Shown one piece after another: positions 40,201-49,079 of a DNA stretch of 64,000 nt. This DNA comes from Bacteroidia bacterium. Lineage in GTDB: Bacteria; Bacteroidota; Bacteroidia; NS11-12g; UBA9320. The translations under genes were made by a program, and so were the position numbers. Under the pieces are notes generated by a model. The model worked only from the letters and a program-made list of their open reading frames with translations. It searched no databases and was not told the origin of the DNA. How positions within the stretch are numbered: position 1 is the first letter of the stretch; the number at the start of each line of letters is the position of its first letter. The stretch spans positions 68,385-132,384 of the forward strand of contig CBFHGJ010000002.1 in NCBI GenBank assembly GCA_965655315.1, given 5' to 3'.

Positions 40201-40737
40201 GCTCTATTTACTAAGACAAGTGAACTACTCATCGATCAGATAAATAGTCTCAGTAATATGGCAGGTCAGTTTAGCAATTTTGCACAAATGCCTGTAGGAG
40301 AAAAAACAAATTTTGACCTATCTCAAGTGCTTATCAATTCAATTGATTTATTCAAAAGATCAGAAAACACTGATATTATTTCAGAAATAGAAGATAATAT
40401 CACTATAACAGGAGACCCAGAACAAATACAGCGGGTGTTTAATAATCTTATTAAAAATGCGATCCAGGCAATTCCATACCAGCGAAAAGGCCGAATTACA
40501 ATAGATTTGAAATCCAAGGATCAAACCGCGTTAATAGAGATCAAGGATAACGGTAAAGGAATCCCCCCAGAACTATCAAAGAAAGTTTTCGTTCCAAATT
40601 TTAGTACAAAAAACTCTGGAATGGGTTTGGGCCTTGCGATAAGCAAAAAAATAGTGGAGAATGCTGGAGGGGTTATATATTTTGAAAGCAACCCTGATAT
40701 TGGGACTACCTTCTTCGTAGACTTACCACAGATATGA
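37216..40737 (+). CDS. Large multi-TM NtrY-like sensor histidine kinase (HAMP-HisKA-HATPase)
   Basis: DEIGQL...YN.M, MAKQVAHEIKNPLTP, NLIKNAIQA, DNGKGI, GMGLGL. Confidence 0.92.
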   Translation: MKKGVIILWTFLVISALGMIAWAVTHINANNKDSTVSLEPLVANLQEEADQLFSEYLPLDFKTENAERAMSLTKKRWYLYARSDDKTVYWNSNKVNLDSAIENNTEYPVYFSYGDDSYVVFDNGNDAYLAFRIANEGKLHSRVIQAFPELSNKKLVDQNQLQLKPPNTPLTFITVNRESGLYWWFQLALCIAGIFLILYYFSKDSFVFIWISLGLAIANIISYYYLGTSFKDFYFLTIESFQNISDKELTLRLFIHILGASSITLTLIFLLGKLPSLLGSIGQFTLLFFSLDFIYSLIIALAEHSSISYDFEKLFKLSFYSIFSIALLGLSLFILWFLVHYIFSKKRTIKEIGIGIVVAILIFCSVQIWEGNRTISDLWQPILLLGLSILISLGIKENRAKIYAHFIYSALFISILIFTGHKNREKTFLQSFAENIISNSDPRAESILKGIENQLSQEFLTPEDYRNFIFKKDVIESRIKNLYFSNYLEKYELKLLSFGPSGENINENTLYSFEDLNKVFNTQTKRTASDYFYQIASPSSFNGYIAKYENCDIDGHFGSTFIILQPRLVQSEFLYPEVFANQKSKELITVDDYSYGIYYNNKLVSQRGSYDYRLDKQPENLSSSWLSFGAFHHVSFTSDAYDVILSKPENRLKSWLSAFTFSVIILIVLSLFLSLLSYNLLSPQHSLSLAFLPGSSRFLSARIQTSLTIILLLGLLFSVYIIINYIRSGYNENLESQLLTKVKSISTRLQNKIDLDKKLQDPEQRMLMLNEESSTYKVDINLFNNDGKLLASTKPYLTSEQVLGDHMNPKAYLELTRQQSSQLLVQEELEGSDYLSAYVPLFDGKNRVIGYLNTPFFAKNELLNKQISNLVVNILNIYFLLLLGGILIAYFISRQISKPLLLIREKIAKTELRAKNELIKYNRDDEIGQLVKQYNKMVLELEESASQMAQSEREGAWREMAKQVAHEIKNPLTPMKLSIQHLQRAYQGGPSEKLDALFTKTSELLIDQINSLSNMAGQFSNFAQMPVGEKTNFDLSQVLINSIDLFKRSENTDIISEIEDNITITGDPEQIQRVFNNLIKNAIQAIPYQRKGRITIDLKSKDQTALIEIKDNGKGIPPELSKKVFVPNFSTKNSGMGLGLAISKKIVENAGGVIYFESNPDIGTTFFVDLPQI

Positions 40738-41258
40738 AAAATTGGATATCTATATGGATAGCATTGGTTTTTGTTGGTTGTTCTAACAGCGAAAGCAACA
40801 TAAATTTTGAAGCTATTTTAAAAAAGGCAGATCACACAGTGGTTATGTTTTTAGCTCCAGATTGTCCGCTGTGCGTGACATTGAGTACTCCATTCTCCGA
40901 ACTTGCAAATCAATATCCTGATGTGCAATTCTTAGGAGTAATAAGCGGTAACCACTACGAAGCCATGGAGATCAATATGTTTGCTACCGAAAAGAGTTTC
41001 AAGCCCCGTATTTTTAGAGACTATGATTATGCTATTGCAAGTAGTCTAAAAGCAAGTATTACTCCGGAGTTTCTGCTTCTAGATAGTGCAGGGAATACGA
41101 TATACCAAGGTATGCTAGATGATAGGATACTTTCATTGGGAAGCTACAAGCAGACTTGGAATGAACATTACCTAAAAGATGCTTTAGATGCTGTAATATC
41201 AGGTAAAAAACCTATCGTAGCAAAAACTGAGGCTATAGGCTGTGTACTAGAATATTGA
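40734..41258 (+). CDS. Redoxin (AhpC/TSA-like) lipoprotein
   Basis: Lipobox FVG-C, CPLC, TPE, YQG..DD, C-terminal GC. Confidence 0.85.
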   Translation: MKNWISIWIALVFVGCSNSESNINFEAILKKADHTVVMFLAPDCPLCVTLSTPFSELANQYPDVQFLGVISGNHYEAMEINMFATEKSFKPRIFRDYDYAIASSLKASITPEFLLLDSAGNTIYQGMLDDRILSLGSYKQTWNEHYLKDALDAVISGKKPIVAKTEAIGCVLEY

Positions 41259-41260
41259 CC

Positions 41261-41289
41261 AAAAAAAAACGCAACCCTAAGGTTGCGTT
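41261..41289 (-). terminator. Rho-independent terminator of the Cys-repeat gene
   Basis: AACGCAACC-CTAA-GGTTGCGTT with an A9 run on its left (U-tract on the minus strand). Confidence 0.8.
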
Positions 41290-41315
41290 CTAAAATTATC
41301 GGCATAAAAAAACTC

Positions 41316-42119
41316 TTAGTTCAATTTTTCACATTCACAGTCTGCATTCACCTTTCCTCGTTTTCTATCTTTGGTAACGCAGTAGTCCTCTTTATTTTTT
41401 TCTAATTCAGGACAGTCAAACTTCTCTTCCTCTTTAGCTATGCAATCACAATCTTCATTTACCTTACCCCTCTTTCCATCTTTAGTCTTGCAGATATCAC
41501 CTTCATTCTTTTCTAATTCTGGACAATCAAACTTCTCTTCCTCTTTAGCTATACAATCACAATCTTCATTTACTTTTCCCCATTTACCATCTCTAGTCTT
41601 GCACAGATCACCTTTATTTTTTTCTAGTTCAGGACAATCAAACTTCTCTTCTTCCTTTACTTCACAATCACAGTCCTTGTTTACAAAACCCCACTTTCCA
41701 TCTTCGGTTTTACATCTGTCCTCATAGTTCTTTTCTAGTCTTGGGCAGTCATAACCTCCTTCCTCCTTTGCTTCGCATTCACAGTCTTTATTGATATACC
41801 CTTTTTTACCATCTTTAGTTTCGCAATCATCTCTATAGTTCTTTTCTAACTCAGGACAATCATAATCATCTTCCTTCTCTCTTACTTCACAGTCACAGTC
41901 TTCATTTACAAAGCCAACTTCCCCATCATCCATCTCGCACTTATCTTTAAAATTGAGTTCTAATCTAGGACAGTCATAGTCCTCATCTTTATCCTCATCC
42001 TTGTCTTTTTCTTTTTTTACTCTTTTGATTAAGTCTATAATTTCTGAACGGTCCTTACAACCAGTCCCAACAAAACTGAATCCGAAAACGAATAGTAAAA
42101 TGGCTATTTTATATTTCAT
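41316..42119 (-). CDS. Cys-rich tandem-repeat lipoprotein
   Basis: Lipobox GTG-C; six 37-38-aa repeats DCPxLExNxxDxCxxxDGxxGxVNxDCxC. Confidence 0.85.
   Translation of the reverse strand: MKYKIAILLFVFGFSFVGTGCKDRSEIIDLIKRVKKEKDKDEDKDEDYDCPRLELNFKDKCEMDDGEVGFVNEDCDCEVREKEDDYDCPELEKNYRDDCETKDGKKGYINKDCECEAKEEGGYDCPRLEKNYEDRCKTEDGKWGFVNKDCDCEVKEEEKFDCPELEKNKGDLCKTRDGKWGKVNEDCDCIAKEEEKFDCPELEKNEGDICKTKDGKRGKVNEDCDCIAKEEEKFDCPELEKNKEDYCVTKDRKRGKVNADCECEKLN
41319..41985. repeat. 111-bp coding tandem repeat (6 units)
   Basis: GGACA(A/G)TCAAACTTCTCTTC at 41410, 41521 and 41632 (period 111). Confidence 0.9.
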
Positions 42120-42191
42120 AATTAATTTAACTTATTTACTTCTAAGAGTACTATCTTTTCAATAGTGTTGCCTCAGGTTTAAAAAAATCGA

Positions 42192-42751
42192 TTATTTAAG
42201 GTATTCGTCGGTGAAATGTGAAGTACCTCGATCCTTTGAAATTTTTTCATCGTTGTATTTTTTCGAATCACCTTTTGGTATAGACAGGCTTTTCCAAGAC
42301 TCTCCTTTTATCATGCGACCTACATAGACCATCTGTCCGACATGATATGCATAGTGCATCATCTGTCTATTGATAGCCTCTGATATCGAATGACCCTGAT
42401 TCCTGATATAAACTTTTGTGCTGAAATTATCATTATTGACACTTTTCAGTGCAGTAAATAAACAATCCCACCCTTCTTCCCATTTGGCTAATAACTCTTG
42501 TCTAATTCTTATATCTCCTTCAAACTCGGCATCTCTATTTCTAAATTCCTTTTCACCATCAGTGGTTAAAAAATCTGTCCATCTACTCATCATATTTCCC
42601 CAAAGATGTTTGACATAACGGCTATACTATTACTTGCCTCATTGTAGTGCCAAAACAAGTCCTTGTCGGAAAGTTGAGCTATCGTTTTATCTCCTAGCAT
42701 TTTATAGTAGTTGAATTGCTTTTCGGCACTTTGCAAGTAGTTTTCTTCCAT
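42192..42751 (-). pseudogene. DUF1572 (DinB-like) protein, frameshifted
   Basis: MEENYL...SNSIAV in one frame; VKHLWGNMMSRWTDFLT.DGEK and HYAYHVGQ in another; 1-nt loss at about 42615. Confidence 0.85.
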
Positions 42752-42764
42752 TTCGCCAAGGTAA

Positions 42765-43291
42765 TTAAAACAACGGTAATTGCCCCTTCCATGCCGGATT
42801 TTCCAAGGTAAGTAATTCATTCTTGGCACGAATACCACCAGCATAACCCGTAAGTTGTTTATTTGAACCAATTACTCTGTGACACGGCACTAGAATAGAT
42901 AATGCATTTGCAGACGCTACTGCTCTTATAGCTTTCTCCTTATTCAACTTCTTACTAAGTTCCAGATACGTGCAAGTCGTTCCCTACGGTATTTCAACTA
43001 ATGCTTTCCAGACAAATTTTTGAAAATCTGATCCTATCAACTTAATAGGTATATCAAACTCCCTAAGATTTTTTCAAAGTAGTAGTCCAATTGTTTTGCC
43101 GCTTCGATAAGAAGAGGTGACACTCCAGCTTCGAAAGGCACTTTTAGTTCCTTAGTGAGTCGTGAATCTATTTTTGTTCTTTGTTTACGGTGTAACCAAT
43201 CCACGAGACATAACTCACCGTTGTATTCACCTAATTTGAGCATACCAAAAGGGGATTTGTACTGCGTTATATTGATGGCTTGATTTGACAA
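42765..43291 (-). pseudogene. ogt: Methylated-DNA--protein-cysteine methyltransferase, inactivated
   Basis: PCHRVI active site and GYAGG; frameshift at the A6 run near 43069-43074; TAG at 42984-42986 in IP[Y]G; apparent 9-nt loss in the ANGAN motif. Confidence 0.9.
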
Positions 43292-43412
43292 AAAGTATAT
43301 TTATGCCTCTCAATATAAGTTAGCACAGTAATTCAAGGAATTGAAATAAATGTTGCATAATTGTTGTCTAAATTTAAACACAGCGTTAACAAACCATTAA
43401 TCAATCACCTAT

Positions 43413-44147
43413 TTGCAACAGCTAAACTTAGATATCTTCAATCCTATTTCACTTAATGAAATGGACAGCGTATCTCTGATGAAGAGGACGGATACTAAAT
43501 TTATTGCTACCATAGCACAACTTAATAAAGTGCTAAATCAGGTCAAAAATGACTATTCCATTTTAGAAATAGATGGTCAGCGAAAAATAGAATATGCCTC
43601 TAATTATTTTGACACAAAAGACTTAGACTTCTATCACGATCATCACAACGGTAAGTCAGATAGGTTGAAGATTCGTACACGAAAATACGTAGCATCTAAC
43701 CTGAGTTTTCTGGAGATAAAACAGAAGGATCCCCAAGGAAGAACGGTTAAAAGCAGAAAGAGAATTGGTGAATACGATCAGCTCAGCACAGACGAACTAA
43801 AATCCTATGTAAATGAAGTAACTGGGCTACAACTCGATTTAAATCAGACTATCACCAACGAATTTTATCGATTCACTTTGGTCAACACCGAGCTAAAAGA
43901 AAGAATCACTGTAGATGTGTCTTTAGGATTTAATAGTTTGAGTTTTGATGATAAACTAGTAATAATAGAATTAAAACAAGAAAAACTGCGACGAAGCTCA
44001 CCCTTCTTCAAAGCATTGAAAGCTGAAAAAATATATCCAATGGGTATCAGCAAGTATTGCATAGGAATGGCAGTTCATAACCCCAAACTGAAACAAAATA
44101 TTTTCAAACCAAAACTAGGAAAAATAGCAAAGCTAACGACCAAATGA
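43413..44147 (+). CDS. VTC-domain (CYTH-fold) polyphosphate-polymerase-like protein
   Basis: LMKRTDTKF, Y.S.YFDT, KIRTRKY, FLEIK, RITVD, IIELK, SKYC. Confidence 0.88.
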   Translation: MQQLNLDIFNPISLNEMDSVSLMKRTDTKFIATIAQLNKVLNQVKNDYSILEIDGQRKIEYASNYFDTKDLDFYHDHHNGKSDRLKIRTRKYVASNLSFLEIKQKDPQGRTVKSRKRIGEYDQLSTDELKSYVNEVTGLQLDLNQTITNEFYRFTLVNTELKERITVDVSLGFNSLSFDDKLVIIELKQEKLRRSSPFFKALKAEKIYPMGISKYCIGMAVHNPKLKQNIFKPKLGKIAKLTTK

Positions 44148-44749
44148 CCGAATTTTTAAACATACCACTTTTCGACGATGACTTTTACAAAATGGCTTTC
44201 CGTTTTGTGCTAAATCTAGTATTTCTTACAGTGATAATTAAGTGGCTGTATTACTCAGCAGCAAAGAGAAAAGATTATCTGTTCACTTATTTTATGATTG
44301 GAATAATTGTATTCTTCCTATGCTTTACCCTTAAAAAGTATGAGCTAGATATAGGAATGGCATTAGGGTTATTTGCCATTTTTGGAATTATACGATACCG
44401 TACAGATCCTATTCCTATCAAAGAAATGACTTACCTTTTTGTCATCATCGGAGTATCAGTGATCAACTCTTTAGCAAATCAAAAGATGAGTTATGCGGAG
44501 ATCATAGGAGCGAATATTGCTGTAGTTGTTGCCCTATGGGTTATGGAAAAACTATGGATTGTAAAAAGTATCTCTACTAAAAAAATACAATACGAGAAGA
44601 TAGAAAATATAAAACCAGAAAACTACGAAATACTTAAAGCTGACTTGGAAGAGAGGACCGGCTTGGCAATTCAAGAAATAGAAATAGGGAATATTGATTT
44701 TCTAAGAGATAGTACTACACTTACTATCAAATACTTTACAGAACAATAA
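44144..44749 (+). CDS. DUF4956 inner-membrane protein
   Basis: GMALGLFAIFGIIRYRT..I.IKEMTYLF; about five TM segments plus a soluble C-domain. Confidence 0.88.
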   Translation: MTEFLNIPLFDDDFYKMAFRFVLNLVFLTVIIKWLYYSAAKRKDYLFTYFMIGIIVFFLCFTLKKYELDIGMALGLFAIFGIIRYRTDPIPIKEMTYLFVIIGVSVINSLANQKMSYAEIIGANIAVVVALWVMEKLWIVKSISTKKIQYEKIENIKPENYEILKADLEERTGLAIQEIEIGNIDFLRDSTTLTIKYFTEQ

Positions 44750-45438
44750 TGAAAAATATATATATCACTTTCATCGCTTTGTGCCTAAGTTTAGGAAGTA
44801 TAGCACAAGAAGGAACTTACGAAACCATTCGAGATTTTGAAGCTTGGACCGCTGCTGAGCTGCATTACAAACCGACTAAAAAAATCAAACTATCACTTCA
44901 GCAACAACTTAGGCTGAAAGATGATGCTAGTACGGTGGACCAATATTTTACTCAATTTGATTTTAGGTACAAGCTTGCCAAAGGCCTTTACCTTACACCT
45001 GCTGTGCGTTACATCAGAGAAAATGACGATCAAGGTAAAATCCAAGGATATGAGAACCACCTCAGATGGAATGCAGATTTGACCTACAAACACGATATCA
45101 AGCGATTTACGCTGAGATATAGAACCCGTTACCAAAGCAAACAGGAACTGCAGGTAGAAGATGAAAACACAAATGTCTTTAGAGCTAAAGCCGCAGTTCA
45201 TTATAATATCAAGAATTGGAAACTAGATCCAGATTTTGCTGCTGAGTTTTTCAATGAACTAGGAGAGGCTAGCGAATGGTATCGAGTAAGATGGACGCTA
45301 GGTACCGATTACAAATTAAAAAATGCTGGAGAACTTGGTCTTTGCTATAGAATAGAACAAGAATTGACTGGGGCGAATCCTAAAACAACCCACATCCTTT
45401 TCCTTAAATATGGATACACCTTGAAAAAAGCGAAATAG
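44749..45438 (+). CDS. DUF2490 outer-membrane beta-barrel
   Basis: Signal peptide (SIA-Q), QLRL, RYRTRYQ, amphipathic strands, terminal YGYTL. Confidence 0.75.
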   Translation: MKNIYITFIALCLSLGSIAQEGTYETIRDFEAWTAAELHYKPTKKIKLSLQQQLRLKDDASTVDQYFTQFDFRYKLAKGLYLTPAVRYIRENDDQGKIQGYENHLRWNADLTYKHDIKRFTLRYRTRYQSKQELQVEDENTNVFRAKAAVHYNIKNWKLDPDFAAEFFNELGEASEWYRVRWTLGTDYKLKNAGELGLCYRIEQELTGANPKTTHILFLKYGYTLKKAK

Positions 45439-45762
45439 ATGACCAAATCAACAATAAAAACAGCAGCAGTTCTGACACTTTTGCTTACTGTCTTTTCTTG
45501 TAAGAAAGTAATATTTATACCGGATGGAGAAGTAAATGAAGGTTTAGCATCTCACAACAATGGCTTCCCTACAGATTATGACGTCGTATTTGACAACTCT
45601 AAGGTACATCGTATAGATATAGTTTTTTCATCTGACGAATGGTCAGATATGCAAGCAGACCTATCCGAAAAAACAGCAGGAGGTGGAGGGCCTGGAGGCA
45701 CATTCAATAGTGAAAATCCAAACTACTACCCTGCAGACATATATTACAACGGTCTAGTTTGA
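45439..45762 (+). pseudogene. cotH: N-terminal fragment of a CotH-family kinase lipoprotein
   Basis: Lipobox VFS-C, DYDVVFD..KVHRIDI.....W..M..DL, NPNYYPADIYYNG; TGA stands where W is expected and the RxKGNSS kinase motif and all downstream sequence are absent. Confidence 0.75.
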
Positions 45763-45769
45763 ACACAGC

Positions 45770-45888
45770 AGAGAACAATGTGTATGATGTTCAGGACTCC
45801 CATTCTGTCGGCACGCCACATACACTGACCACTGAAAATAGAAAAGGTTAGACCGTCTACCTATTTGCAATTTAGATTTTCAGCGGTC
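45770..45888. repeat. Two adjacent imperfect palindromes (attC-like or REP-like remnant)
   Basis: GTGTATG 45780-45786 / CATACAC 45819-45825; GACCACTGAAAAT 45827-45839 / ATTTTCAGCGGTC 45876-45888. Confidence 0.55.
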
Positions 45889-45976
45889 TTTGGCCCTATC
45901 AATCCCTTCTTAAAATAGCCGATCTAGTACCTCACATTTCCTTCGCCTCTTTATTCTCAAATAGACACCTTTAACC

Positions 45977-45984
45977 TACCTTTG
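45977..45984 (+). promoter_or_regulatory. Bacteroidota -7 box of aspS
   Basis: TACCTTTG ending 5 nt before the ATG. Confidence 0.7.
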
Positions 45985-45989
45985 CCGCG

Positions 45990-47729
45990 ATGCACAGAAC
46001 ACACACTTGCGGAGAACTACGATTAACAGATAAAGGCACTCAAGTAACCCTTAGCGGATGGGTACAAAAACGCAGAGATTTTGGAGGAATGACCTTCATC
46101 GATCTTCGTGACAGATACGGTATCACACAACTTGGATTCAATGAAGAAATAGACAAAGAGTTAAATGATAAGGCTCGTTCTTTGGGTCGTGAGTTTGTGA
46201 TCAAAGTGCACGGTGAGGTAATAGAACGTAGCAACAAAAATGCGAATATCCCTACGGGCGAAGTAGAGATACAGGTCAACAATTTTGAAGTACTAAACGC
46301 AGCACTTACCCCTCCTTTTACTATAGAGGATGAAACGGATGGTGGTGAGGAAATAAGACTTAAATACAGATACTTAGACCTAAGAAGAAATCCTATTCAG
46401 GAAAAACTGGTTCTACGTAGTAAACTAAACAAAGCAGTAAGAGACTATTTAGACTCAGCTGATTTCATAGACGTAGAGACCCCATACCTCATCAAATCTA
46501 CTCCTGAAGGAGCAAGAGATTTTGTGGTACCAAGCAGGCTGAACGAAGGGCAATACTACGCTCTTCCTCAGAGTCCTCAGACTTTTAAGCAGTTGCTTAT
46601 GGTAAGTGGGTTAGACAAGTACTATCAAATTGTAAAGTGTTTCAGAGACGAAGATTTTAGAGCAGATCGTCAGCCCGAGTTTACTCAGATAGACTGTGAA
46701 ATGTCTTTTGTAGAAAGAGACGATGTACTCAACACCTTTGAAGGTATGATTAGAACGGTCTTCAAACAGGTGAAAAATATCCAACTAGGAGATATTCCTG
46801 TGTTGACCTACGCGGATGCTATGAAACGATTTGGCAGTGATAAACCAGACATGCGTTTTGGGATGGAGCTAGTAGATTTAGATTCAGTAGCTAAAGGGAA
46901 TGGTCTTGGTGTTTTTGATAATGCAGATAGTGTTGTAGCTATCAATGTAACCGGTGGGAATAAATACACCCGTAAGGAGTTAGATGCCTTCACCAACTGG
47001 GTAAAGCGACCTCAAATTGGTGCTTTAGGATTGATCTATTGTAGAGTAAATGAGGACGGTACTTACAAGTCTTCTGTAGATAAATTCTTTGACCAAGATA
47101 AATTAGCTCAATGGGCTTCTACTTGTGAAAGTAAAGCTGGAGATCTTATCTTAGTGCTCAGTGGCGGAGCTGAAAAAGTGCGTAAGCAAATGAATGAGCT
47201 CCGACTGCACATAGGCGAGCTTAAGGGACTAAGATTAAAAGACAAGTTCAATGCTTGTTGGGTGGTAGATTTCCCATTGGTCGAGTATGACGAAGAAAGT
47301 GATAGATGGCATGCAATGCACCATCCGTTTACCTCTCCTCTCCCAGCAGATAGAGATAAAATGGAGACACAACCAGGCGAGGTTAGAGCTAATGCCTACG
47401 ATATGGCCATTAACGGTATGGAAGTAGGTGGCGGCAGTATTCGTATACACGACAAAGATCTGCAGAAACGCATGTTTAACCTTCTCGGATTCTCAGAAGA
47501 AGAAGCACAGGCTCAATTTGGATTCTTACTAAATGCATTCGAATATGGAGCTCCACCGCACGGTGGTATTGCCTTTGGACTCGATAGACTTGCAGCCATT
47601 CTAGCAGGCACAGATTCTATTCGCGACGTTATAGCTTTCCCTAAGAATAATATGGGAAGAGATATCATGATAGATGCACCTGCTCCTCTAAATAGGGATC
47701 AGAAACGCGAGCTTGGTATAGAAGGTTAA
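45990..47729 (+). CDS. aspS: Aspartate--tRNA ligase
   Basis: [47 protein letters not shown]. Confidence 0.98.
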   Translation: MHRTHTCGELRLTDKGTQVTLSGWVQKRRDFGGMTFIDLRDRYGITQLGFNEEIDKELNDKARSLGREFVIKVHGEVIERSNKNANIPTGEVEIQVNNFEVLNAALTPPFTIEDETDGGEEIRLKYRYLDLRRNPIQEKLVLRSKLNKAVRDYLDSADFIDVETPYLIKSTPEGARDFVVPSRLNEGQYYALPQSPQTFKQLLMVSGLDKYYQIVKCFRDEDFRADRQPEFTQIDCEMSFVERDDVLNTFEGMIRTVFKQVKNIQLGDIPVLTYADAMKRFGSDKPDMRFGMELVDLDSVAKGNGLGVFDNADSVVAINVTGGNKYTRKELDAFTNWVKRPQIGALGLIYCRVNEDGTYKSSVDKFFDQDKLAQWASTCESKAGDLILVLSGGAEKVRKQMNELRLHIGELKGLRLKDKFNACWVVDFPLVEYDEESDRWHAMHHPFTSPLPADRDKMETQPGEVRANAYDMAINGMEVGGGSIRIHDKDLQKRMFNLLGFSEEEAQAQFGFLLNAFEYGAPPHGGIAFGLDRLAAILAGTDSIRDVIAFPKNNMGRDIMIDAPAPLNRDQKRELGIEG

Positions 47730-47787
47730 TCCCTATTTCTCAGAAAAAGCAAAGAGTAATTATATTTACCCTCTGCTACGCATTGAT

Positions 47788-49079
47788 ATGTCTGCACAAG
47801 GGATAACCAATAAATACAACCATTACGAACATCTTAAGAGGTTATACCTCTTTGAATGCACCTACTCTATCGTAACCACTATGGTTGCAGGTATAGTGAT
47901 TTACTCCACAAATGCTGACAATACATACCTACTCCTAGCGTTCACCTTTACCTTCTTCACCGGTATAGAGGCCAAAATGCTACTTAGAGCAAAAGAGGTT
48001 AATAGCCGTCACAATCTGATAGCACCTCGTGTTTTTCACTTCATTTACTCTTATATCATGGTAGTACTATTGTGTTACTCTTTACCACAACTTATATGTA
48101 AATTTTTAATCCTTATTCCAATGGGTTTATCCCTTATGTCGTTACACCCATTCTTTTAAAAAAATATAAGGAAATAGGAGTTGCAGTTGGAGTTTTAAAG
48201 GGAATAGGGCTTATAGCCTCTGAGATTATATCAAAAAGATACTTAGAGCCGGTATCATTAGAAAACTATATTTTTCTCATTTATGCTAGCCTGCTTGTGT
48301 GGTTATATACTTTCTTGTCTAACGGGCTGAATAGTAAACTGAAAGACAAGATGAAGGATTTTAAAGGACAGCTGCAGAACGAAAAGGAAAAAACTGCCGC
48401 TGCGAATCAAAAAATTGATCAAATATCATATAAGTTGTCTACGGATTTTCGAAACTCACTAACAGAAATAGATAACAAATTACAAAATGTTGTCGATTTA
48501 AGCTCCAAGGAAGAACTACAAGAATCATTAGTGTCAAGCAGACAAGAAACTTCTCGTTTAGCAAGCTACATTGACGATTTTACTGACAGCAGGCAGTCCT
48601 TATTTAGACCTAAGCTAAGTGAAGCAATAGATGTCACTGAACTATTTGCTAATGAAATCTCCAAATTTTCAGAAGAACTAGAACAAAAAAGTGTTCAAGT
48701 GGATTTCAGTCCATATACTGGAGAGGTTTTCCTAATTGACAAGTCGTTGTTGGCATTAGTTTTTAGAAATATTTTAGCAAATGCGATTGACTTTTTGGAC
48801 TCAGAACAGAAGACTAAACGTATAACTATCAAGTCATTCTCTAGTAATCAAGTATTTCATCTATCGATCTCAGACAATGGAATAGGAATATCTAGAAATG
48901 AGATACATGAGGTTTTCAATCTCTACTATTCAACCAAACGAGGTGAAGGTAATCACGGTTTGGGTCTTTATGAGGTAAAAGAAGCCGTAAACCTATTGAA
49001 TGGAGAATTGACTATTGAATCTGACAATGAAAAAGGGACGACAGTAAGTGTAGCAGTTCCCTTTACCAGTCTACATTAA
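47788..49079 (+). pseudogene. Membrane sensor histidine kinase, frameshifted and lacking the phospho-His
   Basis: Frames join at TTTTAAAAAAA (about 48154-48164); HATPase motifs NILANA, DNGIGI, GLGLY; H-box reads STDFRNSL. Confidence 0.8.

Noticed and set aside
41319-41985. 111-bp repeats as CRISPR or mobile element
   Set aside because: In-frame protein repeats with synonymous variation
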